Shown: positions 20,612 through 30,191 of the stretch, in pieces | Layout of the letters: the number at the start of each line of letters is the position of its first letter | Numbering within the stretch: the first letter of the stretch is position 1 | From: an uncultured Acidimicrobiia bacterium | Lineage (GTDB): Bacteria; Actinomycetota; Acidimicrobiia; Spongiisociales; UBA5794 | Direction: 5' to 3' | Assembly (NCBI GenBank): GCA_963759175.1 | Contig: CAVWXP010000008.1 | Location: 112,937-176,936 of the forward strand | DNA length: 64,000 bases | Translations under genes and position numbers: made by a program | Notes under the pieces: model-generated | What the model was told of the DNA's origin: nothing | Database searches by the model: none | Seen by the model: only the letters and a program-made list of their open reading frames with translations

Positions 20612-20910
20612 CAGCGGGACGACACGGAGACGACGTGCTCGAGGGTGACGACGATCTCGCCACGATGATCGATGAGCGACACGTGGTCGACACCGACACC
20701 GTTCACCCGACCACGGTGGACCTGCCCATCGGAGGTCGCCACGACGGCGGTCGCGGTGCGGTCCTCGATCTCGATGAAGCGATCCCGCAGGGTGCGGCGC
20801 CGTATGGCCACCGAGCGCGCCGCATCCTGTTCGGCGTCGAGGGTCTCATCGAGTCGGTGACGCAGCGTCCGACCGAGACGCTGGAGATCAGGGTGACCAA
20901 ACGGGTCCAT
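20611..20910 (-). CDS. hypothetical protein (99 aa) immediately upstream of cpaB
   Basis: MDPFGHPDLQRLGRTLRHRLDETLDAEQDAARSVAIRRRTLRDRFIEIEDRTATAVVATSDGQVHRGRVNGVGVDHVSLIDHRGEIVVTLEHVVSVSSR is protein-like. Its stop overlaps the cpaB start. The track ORF extends to 21027. Confidence 0.45.
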   Translation of the reverse strand: MDPFGHPDLQRLGRTLRHRLDETLDAEQDAARSVAIRRRTLRDRFIEIEDRTATAVVATSDGQVHRGRVNGVGVDHVSLIDHRGEIVVTLEHVVSVSSR

Positions 20911-21064
20911 GGCGCGCTCCTCGCTCCTGGCCCTTCCGGTCCTTTTCCCTAGTGAAGAGAGAACTCGACGCCACGGCGTGATGCAAGGGGCACGTACCGG
21001 ATTATTTCGCGCTCTGCGTCGGCGCATGGATGCGGACGGTGCCCGGGGGTGGCAGCCGCGTTGT

Positions 21065-21694
21065 TCAGGCGCCGGCGAGCATGTCCGTCAGATCGCTGGC
21101 GATGCGGTCGGGTTCCGCTCCGAATGGCCACACGATGCGGATCGTCCCTGCATCATCGATGGCGTACAGGTATGCGGTATGGAGGACATCGACGCCGTCA
21201 TCGCTCTTGATCACCGAGTAGTCGGCCGCGAACGCGTCAGCTGCGGCTCTGAGCGCCGCATCATCGCTCGTCCTGAGGGCATGCCCCGAAGGCACGAACG
21301 CCGACACGTAGGCAGTCAAGGTCTCATCGAAGTCGCGTTCGGGGTCGATCGTGATCATGGCGAACTGGACGCGTTGGGCGGTGTCACCGAGGTCCGCCAT
21401 CGCGGACTTGACGTCGGCGAGGGTCGTTGGACAGACATCGGGACATGAAGTGAAGCCGAAGTACACCATGAGGACATGACCGGGCTCCGCCCGCATCGTG
21501 AACTCCGCGCCGGCGCTCGAGACGTCCGGAAGGACGACATCGGCGACACTGTTCCCGAGGATCGAAGGCGTGGCGAGGTCGTGGGACACGGCGGGATCGA
21601 GCTCGGCGAGCACAGGAGCTGTCTCCCCGGATCCGCAAGCAGATGCAACGAGGCCGACCACGACCACGGCGAGGGCGATGGATCGACTGCGCAT
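21065..21694 (-). CDS. SCO1/SenC family copper chaperone (thioredoxin-like lipoprotein)
   Basis: Lipobox LVASAC, and a CxxxC motif ([11 protein letters not shown]) typical of SCO proteins. Confidence 0.85.
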   Translation of the reverse strand: MRSRSIALAVVVVGLVASACGSGETAPVLAELDPAVSHDLATPSILGNSVADVVLPDVSSAGAEFTMRAEPGHVLMVYFGFTSCPDVCPTTLADVKSAMADLGDTAQRVQFAMITIDPERDFDETLTAYVSAFVPSGHALRTSDDAALRAAADAFAADYSVIKSDDGVDVLHTAYLYAIDDAGTIRIVWPFGAEPDRIASDLTDMLAGA

Positions 21695-21885
21695 ACCGGG
21701 ACGGTAGGTACCGGCATCCCATATCAACACGCAGTGCGATGTCCACGCCGGTGCCTACACGCTGTTCCGAAGCAGGGTGTTCGCAGCCGTGCGGCGTATC
21801 ATCGCAGCCGTCGGGGACGTCGACGCATCCGAGCGTCTCTACTTCCACCGAAGGCTCCACCGAACGCCTCACCGAAGGACTTCTC

Positions 21886-22977
21886 ATGGGTATCACCTGC
21901 GGCATCGTCGGCCTGCCGAACGTCGGCAAGTCAACGCTGTTCAACGCGCTGACCGGCGGTGAGATCGCGGCAGAGAACTACCCGTTCACCACGATCGATC
22001 CCAACGCAGGCATCGCCCAGGTCCCCGATCCCCGCCTCGACGCCATCGCGGCCATCGTCGAGCCCGAGTCGATCGTGCCGACCGTGGTCGAGTTCGTCGA
22101 CATCGCCGGTCTCGTGGCCGGCGCATCGGAGGGTGAAGGGCTCGGCAACCAGTTCCTGAGCCACATCCGCGAGACCGACGCCATCGCCCACGTGGTGCGG
22201 TGTTTCGACGACGACAACGTCGTCCACGTCGAAGGTCGCGTCGACCCGGTCGATGACATCACCACGATCTCGACCGAGCTGGCGCTGGCCGACCTCGGCA
22301 CGGTCACGAGATCCCTCGACCGCCAGAGTCGCAAGGCGAAGTCCGGCGACAAGGACGCAGCCCTCGCCGTCACCGTCCTCGAACGCTGCAACGAGCACCT
22401 CGGTGCAGGCGAGCCGATTCGCACCATGTCGTTCAACGCCACCGAGCGTCGGGTGGTCCGCGACCTGTTCCTGCTCACGGCGAAGCCGACGATGTACATC
22501 GCCAATGTCGGTGAGGACGCCCTCGTCGACAACCCCCTCGTCGACCGGGTACGAGAGGTGGCGGCAAGCGAGGGAGCGACCGTCGTGGTGATATCGGGAG
22601 CGCTCGAGGCGGAGCTCGCGGGCCTCGACCCCGCCGATCGGGATGAGCTGCTCGCCGAGTACGGACTCGACGAACCAGGACTCCACAAGGTGATCAGGGC
22701 CGCCTACGACCTCCTGGGCCTCCTGACCTTCTTCACGGCCGGCGAGAAGGAGGCTCGAGCGTGGACCACCACCAAGGGCGCCACGGCACCCCAGGCCGCA
22801 GGTGTCATCCACACCGACTTCGCCAAGGGCTTCATCAAGGCCGAGGTCATCGCCTACGACGACTTCATCGCGTGCAATGGCGAAGCCGGTGCCAAGGAAG
22901 CCGGCAAGTGGCGCATCGAGGGCAAGGACTACGTCGTCGCCGAAGGCGACGTGATGCTCTTCCGCTTCAACGTGTAG
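21886..22977 (+). CDS. ychF: redox-regulated ribosome-binding ATPase YchF
   Basis: [23 protein letters not shown]…, an Obg-family G domain plus TGS domain. 363 aa from the internal ATG of track ORF 21643..22977. Confidence 0.9.
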   Translation: MGITCGIVGLPNVGKSTLFNALTGGEIAAENYPFTTIDPNAGIAQVPDPRLDAIAAIVEPESIVPTVVEFVDIAGLVAGASEGEGLGNQFLSHIRETDAIAHVVRCFDDDNVVHVEGRVDPVDDITTISTELALADLGTVTRSLDRQSRKAKSGDKDAALAVTVLERCNEHLGAGEPIRTMSFNATERRVVRDLFLLTAKPTMYIANVGEDALVDNPLVDRVREVAASEGATVVVISGALEAELAGLDPADRDELLAEYGLDEPGLHKVIRAAYDLLGLLTFFTAGEKEARAWTTTKGATAPQAAGVIHTDFAKGFIKAEVIAYDDFIACNGEAGAKEAGKWRIEGKDYVVAEGDVMLFRFNV

Positions 22978-23034
22978 GGCGATACTGGGCAGGAATCGCT
23001 CTATGACTGGGTTTCCGGGCGGTTCAGGGGCCAA

Positions 23035-23057
23035 TTGTCGACCGAATTGTCGACCAC
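23035..23057. repeat. tandem direct repeat TTGTCGACC-GAA-TTGTCGACCAC (left copy), preceded by GTTTCCGGGCGGTTCAGGGG
   Basis: Near-identical block TTGTCGACC-AA-TTGTCGACCAC recurs at 24348-24369 on the other side of the exonuclease gene. The companion motif GTTTCAGGGGGTTTCAGG recurs at 24386-24403. Confidence 0.6.
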
Positions 23058-23194
23058 AGGCCCGAGCTGGGCAGCGACGAACAGCTCGTCGTGTGGCCGA
23101 GCGCGATGACCGTTCAGCAGCTTCTGTGATTCGGTTGGCGGTTCGTCAGTATCTCCGGTTCCGTGAGAACGAGTAGCAGCCCGATGCGCTCGCT

Positions 23195-24148
23195 CTAGGC
23201 TCCCAAGAGCTTGATGAACTCGCGCGAGTCGATCAGCTCGACGTCGTGACCCTTCTCCGCCAGCTCGCGAGCCTTTCGCAGCTTGCCTGACATGCCGTCG
23301 TCACCGATGACGAACGGGTCAAGGTCGGCCACAACAAGGATGTTGACCTTCTTGCTCATGTTGTTCGCAACATCGCCTCCGAGGTCAACCACAACCTGAT
23401 ACGCCTCTTGGCGGGTCATTCCGTTTGGCAGCGCCCCCGTAATGACTATCCGGTGCTCATAGAACGGGTGGTCGGGCTGGAACGTGGCCGGGTCACCCTT
23501 CAGGTCGCTTGCCTTCCACGAGCCGCCCCCGTCGGAGGCAGAACCAACGCCAGTGAATGCGTCCCACGACTCGGGGTTCAGGTGAACTCGACCAACGTGG
23601 AATCCATTGCCGGAGATGAACTCGCGGACGTCGGTCACGCCCTGCTCGCGCATCATCGCATCAAGGATTTCGAGTACCGCGTATGCGTCCCAAGCTGCCT
23701 GATGATGACTCGAAGCGTCCAACCCGATGTCGCGCGCCATGTCGGAGAGGCGATACGACCAGCGTTCGGGCCACACCCGCTTCGCCATCCGGTATGAGCA
23801 GGTGTAGTCGTACTCAGTCGGGAGCGGCGTCTTGAGATAACCGAATCCACTGCGCAGCACGGAGATGTCAAATGCAGCGTTGTGGGCAACTAGCAACCGG
23901 TCGCCAATGAACTCTGACACCTCGCCCCATACCTCAACGATCGTCGGAGCGTCGACGGTGTCGCTAGGTCCGATGCCGTGAATCATGGAGTTGAACGGCG
24001 AATACTCGTTCTCAGGCGGCTGAATCAGCCACTCCCTCGCTCTGGCTGTTCCATCGCCCAGAGGAATCGCGATACCGACAGAACATGCGGAGGCTCGGCT
24101 TGCAGTCGCTGTCTCGAAGTCAATCGCAGCCACGGTTGTGTCGTTCAC
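23195..24148 (-). CDS. DnaQ-like (DEDDh) 3'-5' exonuclease fused to a C-terminal BRCT domain
   Basis: N-terminus AIDFETA…, …LVAHNAAFDISVL…, …HQAAWDAYAVLEIL… (Exo I/II/III motifs). C-terminus …VNILVVADLD…GKLRKARELAEKGHDVELIDSREFIKLLG is BRCT-like. GC ~58-60% versus ~68% in the flanks. Confidence 0.8.
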   Translation of the reverse strand: MNDTTVAAIDFETATASRASACSVGIAIPLGDGTARAREWLIQPPENEYSPFNSMIHGIGPSDTVDAPTIVEVWGEVSEFIGDRLLVAHNAAFDISVLRSGFGYLKTPLPTEYDYTCSYRMAKRVWPERWSYRLSDMARDIGLDASSHHQAAWDAYAVLEILDAMMREQGVTDVREFISGNGFHVGRVHLNPESWDAFTGVGSASDGGGSWKASDLKGDPATFQPDHPFYEHRIVITGALPNGMTRQEAYQVVVDLGGDVANNMSKKVNILVVADLDPFVIGDDGMSGKLRKARELAEKGHDVELIDSREFIKLLGA

Positions 24149-24347
24149 AGCGCTACCTGAATCTCACGATGATGGTCACGATGCTACCTAGAGGACGAGC
24201 TGGTGGATCAACACGGAAGTCATCACGGACATGAAGGTTCTCGCAGCCGCAGACAAGATCACGCAACAGGAGGCGGTCGAGAGGGCGCTCAGAGCTTGAG
24301 TCGAGGCTCACCCGAAGGTCGAAGCGATGCGTTCCCTGCGGTCGTAG

Positions 24348-24369
24348 TTGTCGACCAATTGTCGACCAC
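24348..24369. repeat. tandem direct repeat TTGTCGACC-AA-TTGTCGACCAC (right copy)
   Basis: See 23035-23057. Lies ~200 bp upstream of the exonuclease start and upstream of the GNAT gene. Confidence 0.6.
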
Positions 24370-24390
24370 GGGGTTCGTTCACTGCGTTTC

Positions 24391-24433
24391 AGGGGGTTTC
24401 AGGATTCACCGAATTGGTGTCCTGAAACCCCCT
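24391..24433. other. inverted repeat / hairpin AGGGGGTTTCAGGA-N15-TCCTGAAACCCCCT
   Basis: Perfect 14-bp stem read directly from the sequence, sitting between the repeat block and the GNAT gene. Confidence 0.55.
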
Positions 24434-24551
24434 CTCTCGTTGGGTTACCGCCGATTCTGCAACCCGGAGAAACCTGGAGAAACAACTCACACCAGATTCA
24501 ACGTGTGAAGAGGTATCGACCCGCATCCGACATCTGCGGTAGCGTCGGACG

Positions 24552-25412
24552 ATGACTCGTATCCGGGAGCTGTCGGGATTGCCCTGTTTGGCAGAGGCAA
24601 CGGTCTTGCTACAACGAGCGAGGCTGGAGCATCCCACGAGGGGCTTGTGGGAGGCTGCGGATCGCCAGTGGTGGTGGAGATCCGCACGCAGTACCGACGA
24701 ACAACCGATGCCCTTCTGGTACGACGAGGACGGGCCGGTGGCGGCGGCGTTGGTGAATAGCTGGTCTTCGGCGACGTGGCTCGACCTGATCACACTCCCA
24801 TCGGTCAACGAGACCATGATTCGAGAGGTCTTCGAGCGCGGACTGGCTCTCACGGCCACCATGCAGTCCGTCGAGATGCTGGTGGACGACGGGGATACCC
24901 CCCTCATCGAACTCCTGAGGGACGCCGGATTCCACCGAGAGCCCGGGGACGTGACCGCGTGGATCGATGCAGCGACGATCCCGCCCATCAGCGCACTCGC
25001 ACCCGGGTATTCGCTTCACCGTCGCGCCACCAACACAGCGGCGGTCCACCACTTCGCTGAACGCAGCGGCCTCGATGTGGAGAATCGGCTTCGGCAGACC
25101 TCGCTGTATCGACCCGATCTCGACCTGTTCGTCGTGGATGAACGTGGAGAGGTTGCCGCGTATGGCCTGTTCTGGCACGACCCCATCACCGGCGTGGGTC
25201 TCGTGGAGCCGATCCGCACAGAGCAGCCTCATCAAGGCAAGGGTCTCGCACGGCACATCGTCACCACAGGACTCCACGAACTCGCAGCAGCCGGAAGTGG
25301 TCGCATCAAGGTCAGCTACGACGGGGACAACCCGGCAGCCGTAGGCCTCTACCTCGGCGTCGGGTTCGAGCCCGTCATGACCTGCTCGATGTGGAGCTCA
25401 ACTGCGAATTGA
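24552..25412 (+). CDS. GNAT family N-acetyltransferase (two-domain)
   Basis: 286 aa. C-terminal half has acetyl-CoA-binding-like …QPHQGKGLARHIVTTGLHELAAAGSGRIKVSYDGDNPAAVGLYLGVGFE…. Confidence 0.7.
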   Translation: MTRIRELSGLPCLAEATVLLQRARLEHPTRGLWEAADRQWWWRSARSTDEQPMPFWYDEDGPVAAALVNSWSSATWLDLITLPSVNETMIREVFERGLALTATMQSVEMLVDDGDTPLIELLRDAGFHREPGDVTAWIDAATIPPISALAPGYSLHRRATNTAAVHHFAERSGLDVENRLRQTSLYRPDLDLFVVDERGEVAAYGLFWHDPITGVGLVEPIRTEQPHQGKGLARHIVTTGLHELAAAGSGRIKVSYDGDNPAAVGLYLGVGFEPVMTCSMWSSTAN

Positions 25413-25453
25413 GCCTCGCATTGTCCGGCAGTGCGGCGGGACCACGAGGCGAG

Positions 25454-25729
25454 CTACTGATCCCACAGGCTGTAGCTGGCGCCCGGCGGGAGCGTTGTGG
25501 CATTGCCGCCCGCGTCGATGAGGACGACACTGTCGGGATAGAGGGCAACGAGCGTGACATCTCCGTTGTGGTCGATCGAGTTGGCCCACTGGTCCTGCCC
25601 GAGGGGAATCCGAAGCGTCTCCCGCAGCCCATCCAGATCCCACACCACCAGCTCGGACTCGTTCGAGGAGCGACCACAGCAACTGATGTAATACTCGAGG
25701 AACGCCAGACTCGATCCATCACGGGACAT
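25454..25729 (-). CDS. hypothetical protein (Cys-containing; may extend upstream with a non-ATG start)
   Basis: 91-aa ORF MSRDGSSLAFLEYYISCCGRSSNESELVVWDLDGL…SVVLIDAGGNATTLPPGASYSLWDQ. The frame stays open upstream (…CDLRCEVDSFCDDDPGVVGLSVSA-M…). Confidence 0.35.
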   Translation of the reverse strand: MSRDGSSLAFLEYYISCCGRSSNESELVVWDLDGLRETLRIPLGQDQWANSIDHNGDVTLVALYPDSVVLIDAGGNATTLPPGASYSLWDQ

Positions 25730-25866
25730 CGCCGAGACCGAGAGACCGACAACGCCTGGATCGTCATCGCAAAAGCTGTCGACCTCACACCGGAGGTCGC
25801 ACCGAACCCACCATCGATGGCCAGCGGTAACGTCACGATGAGCTACACACGACAGGGAGGCGCACC

Positions 25867-26754
25867 ATGGACATCGGGTTGATAGTCCCGCAGGGATGGA
25901 AGGGCGAGTACGACGGATGGGACCCCGCCGAGGCGTGGGACCGGACGGTCGATCTCGCCGTCCATGCCGAGGCGATCGGTTTCGAGTCGATCTGGGTGTT
26001 CGACCACTTCCACACGGTGCCCGAGCCGACCGATGAGATCACCTTCGAGTCGTTCACGACGCTTTCCGCCCTTGCGATGGCGACGAACCGGGTCAGGATC
26101 GGCCACATGGTGGTGTGCACGGGGTTCAGGAACCCGGCATACACGGCCAAGCTCACCTCGACGCTCGACGTCATCAGCGGCGGCCGCTTCGAACTGGGCA
26201 TCGGCGCAGGCTGGAAGGAGGACGAGTGGCTTGCCTACGGCTACGGCTTCCCACCAACCGCCGAACGCCTCGCGACGTTCGCTGAACACCTCGAGGTGAT
26301 CACCCGCATGCTCGCTCCCGGCCGAGCGACCTGGGAGGGTGAACGAGTAGCCGTACGCGATGCCGTCAACGAGCCCCGTGGCATCCAGAAGCACATCCCA
26401 CTCATCGTCGGCGGGAACGGGCCGAAGAAGACGGCGGGCCTGGCCGTCAAGCATGCCGACGAGCTCAACTTCGTGTTCCTCGGACCCGATGAGGTGGCCA
26501 GTCGCATCACCGATGTGCGTGGCATGTGCGTTGCCTCGGGTCGGGATCCCGATTCGCTGCGGTTCTCCGTCTACACGCGCGACGACGACTACCTGGAAGC
26601 AGGTCCACGGCGCGTCGAGGCGATCCGTGGGTACGCCGAGGTCGGTGTGGATCGGATCGTGTGCTTCCCCACGAAGAAGGCCCCCACGATCGAGACCCAG
26701 GAACGATTCGCCGAGGACTGCATCGCCGCAGGAGTCGAGCTGTCCCCGGCCTGA
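25867..26754 (+). CDS. LLM-class F420-dependent oxidoreductase
   Basis: …GFESIWVFDHFH…TLDVISGGRFELGIGAGW… is typical of the F420-dependent luciferase-like family. Confidence 0.8.
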   Translation: MDIGLIVPQGWKGEYDGWDPAEAWDRTVDLAVHAEAIGFESIWVFDHFHTVPEPTDEITFESFTTLSALAMATNRVRIGHMVVCTGFRNPAYTAKLTSTLDVISGGRFELGIGAGWKEDEWLAYGYGFPPTAERLATFAEHLEVITRMLAPGRATWEGERVAVRDAVNEPRGIQKHIPLIVGGNGPKKTAGLAVKHADELNFVFLGPDEVASRITDVRGMCVASGRDPDSLRFSVYTRDDDYLEAGPRRVEAIRGYAEVGVDRIVCFPTKKAPTIETQERFAEDCIAAGVELSPA

Positions 26755-26924
26755 TCGCCAACGTCGCCTGCCCGCCCCGGAGGCACCGAGTACCGTCATC
26801 GCGATGACGACAACCAGACAAGCACCGCTACACCATCGACCTCACAGCTCCACTGGGCCCGCAACCATCGACCAACGGCGATCTACGCCCGCTCACGACC
26901 GGCGACCGGGACTCGCTCGCCCAG

Positions 26925-27293
26925 TTGATGCTCGACGCCTACATGGGCACCATCGACTACGAGGGCGAGTCGATCGTCGAGGCCCGCGAGGCGGTCGATG
27001 ACTGGCTATCCGACGCACCGCTGCTCGGACAGTCGTTCGGCGCGGAGATCGACGGTCGCCTCGTGTCAGCAGTGCTCGCAATGACACTCGACGATGCACC
27101 GTTCATCTCCATCGTGATGACCGCACCGGACCACAAGAGATCCGGCCTGGGGCGTGCCGTCGTCGCCGCGTCGCTCGAAAGCCTCCGGGCGGTATACCAC
27201 AGCACCGCCACCCTGTACATCACGGAAGGCAACGAACCGTCGGAACGACTCTTCGCATCGTTGGGAGCCCTCGAGGTCCCCGATCCGCGATGA
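26925..27293 (+). CDS. GNAT family N-acetyltransferase (small)
   Basis: …SIVMTAPDHKRSGLGRAVVAASLESL… The open frame upstream reads …DLRPLTTGDRDSLAQL, a typical GNAT N-terminus, so the real start is probably ≥45 nt upstream with a non-canonical initiator. Confidence 0.6.
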   Translation: MMLDAYMGTIDYEGESIVEAREAVDDWLSDAPLLGQSFGAEIDGRLVSAVLAMTLDDAPFISIVMTAPDHKRSGLGRAVVAASLESLRAVYHSTATLYITEGNEPSERLFASLGALEVPDPR

Positions 27294-27305
27294 CGTGCGG
27301 TGGGC

Positions 27306-27533
27306 TCAGGCTCCGGAGACCAACACGAACACCGCCCAGACGACGAACGCGATACCCGCGATCCAGACCAGGGCAATACCGACGACGCGACCGGCCTTCA
27401 CCCATACCGGATCGAACTCCCAGTGCTCACGACCCGCCATCTGCTTCATCAGCTCGGAGCGTTGGCGCATGTCCGCTTCGAACGCGGCCGAACCCTCGAT
27501 GTGCTGCTCTGGCATCGGGGCGTCTTCGGGCAT
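27306..27533 (-). CDS. small membrane protein (75 aa), hypothetical
   Basis: The C-terminal half is a TM helix (VVGIALVWIAGIAFVVWAVFVLV). The N-terminus is polar. Confidence 0.5.
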   Translation of the reverse strand: MPEDAPMPEQHIEGSAAFEADMRQRSELMKQMAGREHWEFDPVWVKAGRVVGIALVWIAGIAFVVWAVFVLVSGA

Positions 27534-27700
27534 CCCCCGACCCTATCGCCACTGGCGTCTGGCGTCCATCGGAACTCGAATGCCGCAGCGCCAGACATCG
27601 GCACCCTCATCCCCCACTCGCCTCCGTGTAGTGTTCACCCGGGATCGCCCCAGTTGCACTCAATGGCGTCTGCGGTCCCCTGCCGAGAGAGGAGAGCTTC

Positions 27701-27868
27701 GTGAAGGACCACGATCCAGCATTCGATGAGATCGCCGACGCCGTCCACAACGCCGAGGAGCGCGCCTTCCACCTCGACGACAACGAGTACGTGGCGCAGG
27801 AGAAGGAGACCTTCGACAAGCTCTCCGACGGCGTCGTGGGCTATGAGCACCCGGACTCGACCGACTGA
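27701..27868 (+). CDS. small acidic hypothetical protein (~55 aa; not in ORF track)
   Basis: GTG at ~27701 preceded by GGAGAG. VKDHDPAFDEIADAVHNAEERAFHLDDNEYVAQEKETFDKLSDGVVGYEHPDSTD is protein-like. Competing antisense track ORFs look spurious. Confidence 0.4.
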   Translation: MKDHDPAFDEIADAVHNAEERAFHLDDNEYVAQEKETFDKLSDGVVGYEHPDSTD

Positions 27869-27910
27869 CACCGACGACCGCTTCCCCGACGCACACGCAA
27901 CGACGTACCG

Positions 27911-28369
27911 CTAGGCAGCCAAGTGGTTCGTGAGCGCATCGATCACCGATGCGGCACCGGCTTCGATCTTTCGGTTCAGGATCGAAGCCGATCCGACAAC
28001 CATCCCTCCCCGTTGCTCGACCTGACGCTCGAGCCCATCGAGTACCTCGGCGGTGCGGGTCGTCACGTCGGCGAATGTGTGTGGGAAGAAGCTGAACGTG
28101 CAGAACACCACGGTCGGCTTGCCAGCGAGGTCGGGCAATCCAGCCGCCCACGCCCCTGCGCGCTGCGCCTGGCGCCCGCCGAAGGGTGTGTCGACCCGGG
28201 CCGAACAACCGACGACGAGGACGTCGCTCGCGACGACCTCAGCGTTGTCCGCATCCTCAAGCGTTCGCGCAACTGCTCGATGCCCGCACGTGTGGGCATG
28301 GGAGACGATGGCATCGGCCGCCGCATGTGCCCTGGTGTTGTGGGCCGCAAACACGACGTACACGTCCAT
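27911..28369 (-). CDS. flavodoxin-like fold protein
   Basis: MDVYVVFAAHNT… flavodoxin-type N-terminus. 152 aa. Confidence 0.6.
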   Translation of the reverse strand: MDVYVVFAAHNTRAHAAADAIVSHAHTCGHRAVARTLEDADNAEVVASDVLVVGCSARVDTPFGGRQAQRAGAWAAGLPDLAGKPTVVFCTFSFFPHTFADVTTRTAEVLDGLERQVEQRGGMVVGSASILNRKIEAGAASVIDALTNHLAA

Positions 28370-28759
28370 GCTTCCACCGTACGCCCGAATAGCGGTGCCG
28401 CATAGCGCGAACCGCCAATCTGCACGTGATCAACGGCCGAGAGCGATCCGGCCCATCAACCAGAATCCGAGGTTGGTGATGGTGACCCTCAGCGAGAGAG
28501 GAAGCCCCAGGAACCGAAACCGCTGGGCCGGTTCGATCCCCGTACGACCGCGAACGGGGGCACGGGGGCCACCATCACCACGGACCTCGGAAACACATGC
28601 CGTGACACGCGCATGATGCGAGCGCAACCAAACGTCGTGCGCCAGCGGCGAGCCATCGTCCCCGTTGTGCATCGACAGACTGTGCCTCGACATCATGGGA
28701 CAAGCATCGTCCACGACGATGACCATGGAGGAAACGGCGTGTTACAGGTCGAAGAACGG

Positions 28760-29209
28760 TCAGCCGCTGCGTCGAAGCACTATCGCCGCCGTGAGGGCAT
28801 CCGGATCATCCGTCCCGATCCGAAAGCGCGTGCCGTCAGCCCTGATCACGTCGACCGCATCGAGGCCCCAGACGTTGTACATCCACCCCTGCGGAGCACG
28901 TCGCACACCGAATCCGTACCACCATCGATTGCGCACACTCTCTGCACCGACGACCTCCATCAACGGGATCGTGCGCGATGGCCTGCCGAGGCCGAACGCC
29001 GCCTGTACACGGCTGTCATCGACGGTCACCTCGAGGCGCGAGAACCACACGAGGAGCACACCGAGAGCCAGCACGAAGCCAGCAACTGCGACCCACGCCC
29101 AGGCATCGAGCTCATCGCCATCGGCCCTCATCATGGTCGCGATGACGGCTGCGGACCCCACGGTGTAGGGCACGACGATCCACCCCCACTGGACGTGTCG
29201 GTAGTGCAT
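28760..29209 (-). CDS. membrane protein with two TM helices and PH-like C-domain (hypothetical)
   Basis: The internal Met MHYRHVQWGWIVVPYTVGSAAVIATMM…WAWVAVAGFVLALGVLLVWF… starts the plausible protein. The upstream 92 aa of track ORF 28760..29485 is Arg/Ser-rich junk. Confidence 0.5.
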   Translation of the reverse strand: MHYRHVQWGWIVVPYTVGSAAVIATMMRADGDELDAWAWVAVAGFVLALGVLLVWFSRLEVTVDDSRVQAAFGLGRPSRTIPLMEVVGAESVRNRWWYGFGVRRAPQGWMYNVWGLDAVDVIRADGTRFRIGTDDPDALTAAIVLRRSG

Positions 29210-29288
29210 GGGACCAGTCTGCCAGAGCCGGGAGTCGCCGCGCTGCACGCACCGTGGCCCATGCCAGTGCGGCAGGGCCGTCCGAGCG

Positions 29289-30101
29289 CTACACGCAGAG
29301 TCCGGCCTGATCCACTCCCCGCCAGCAGATCGGCGTGGCCTCGACGGCGTAGAGCCCGAATGGACCGCCGGCGTCGATCCGTTGTCCGAAGACACGCAAT
29401 CGCTCACCGCGAATGGAATCGTCCGGTCCAGTGAACACGTCGAGGGCCGCCTCGCCGAACAGGCCATCCTCCGACAGTCCGACACTGATCACCGTCGCGT
29501 CGTCACCGCCACGCAGGGCAAGCACCTGGTCCACGAGTTCCTCCATGGACCCAGCGACCGGGATGTCGCCCGCACGTTCGACCAGCCACGACGTGATGTC
29601 CCATGTGTCCGCCAGGGCTCCGAGGTATCGAGCGTTCACCCAGGCCCGGTCGCTCTCGATGTCGACCTCCCACCACAGGCTCGAATCGACCAACCGGGCC
29701 TCACCGGTGACCACAACCGTGCCGCCATCGGCATCCAATGTCGACACGATCGCCTCGGTGACACCAGGCCCCGCCCTCGCATTGAGGACGTCATCGGCCG
29801 GGACACCGACGACCCACCACACCGATCCCGGCAGTGGCCCCGGTGTCGGAACGGGAGTGGGAGGATCCGGGGCGACCGTCGTTGCGGTGGTCGCAGTCGT
29901 CGCCGGGGCCGTCGTGGTGCTCGTCTGCGACGTGTCCGGAGGAGTGGTCGAGGCGGTCGAGGTCGTCGGTGTCACCGTCGACGAAACAGGAGTTGGTGCC
30001 ATGGAAGTCGTCAGCTCCGTTGACGCAGGACCCGCATCCCCACAGGCTGCTGCGAGCATCGCCATGGCCACCAGAAGCCCGACCGATCTGGCCATCATCA
30101 C
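29289..30101 (-). CDS. secreted lipoprotein with Thr/Pro-rich linker, hypothetical
   Basis: Signal plus lipobox MLAAAC, then a T/P-rich low-complexity spacer of ~70 aa and a ~180-aa globular domain. Confidence 0.65.
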   Translation of the reverse strand: MMMARSVGLLVAMAMLAAACGDAGPASTELTTSMAPTPVSSTVTPTTSTASTTPPDTSQTSTTTAPATTATTATTVAPDPPTPVPTPGPLPGSVWWVVGVPADDVLNARAGPGVTEAIVSTLDADGGTVVVTGEARLVDSSLWWEVDIESDRAWVNARYLGALADTWDITSWLVERAGDIPVAGSMEELVDQVLALRGGDDATVISVGLSEDGLFGEAALDVFTGPDDSIRGERLRVFGQRIDAGGPFGLYAVEATPICWRGVDQAGLCV

Positions 30102-30191
30102 ACCTCCCTTTCATGATCCCACGGACGATCCACGGTGAACAGGCCCGGCATTACCGGGACCACGACGGCAGTGCGTCTAGCGTGTCGGCCG

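Noticed and set aside
22980-24550. Possibility that the low-GC islet is a complete mobile element
   Set aside because: No integrase, transposase, terminal inverted repeats at the edges, or target-site duplication found. Only the flanking direct repeats are reported, as a finding.
28460-28560. tRNA-like GGTTCGATCCCC motif in the 390-bp intergenic region
   Set aside because: T-loop-like sequence, but no matching acceptor stem, no CCA, and no D/anticodon arms could be folded. Probably coincidental. A small RNA cannot be excluded without cmscan.
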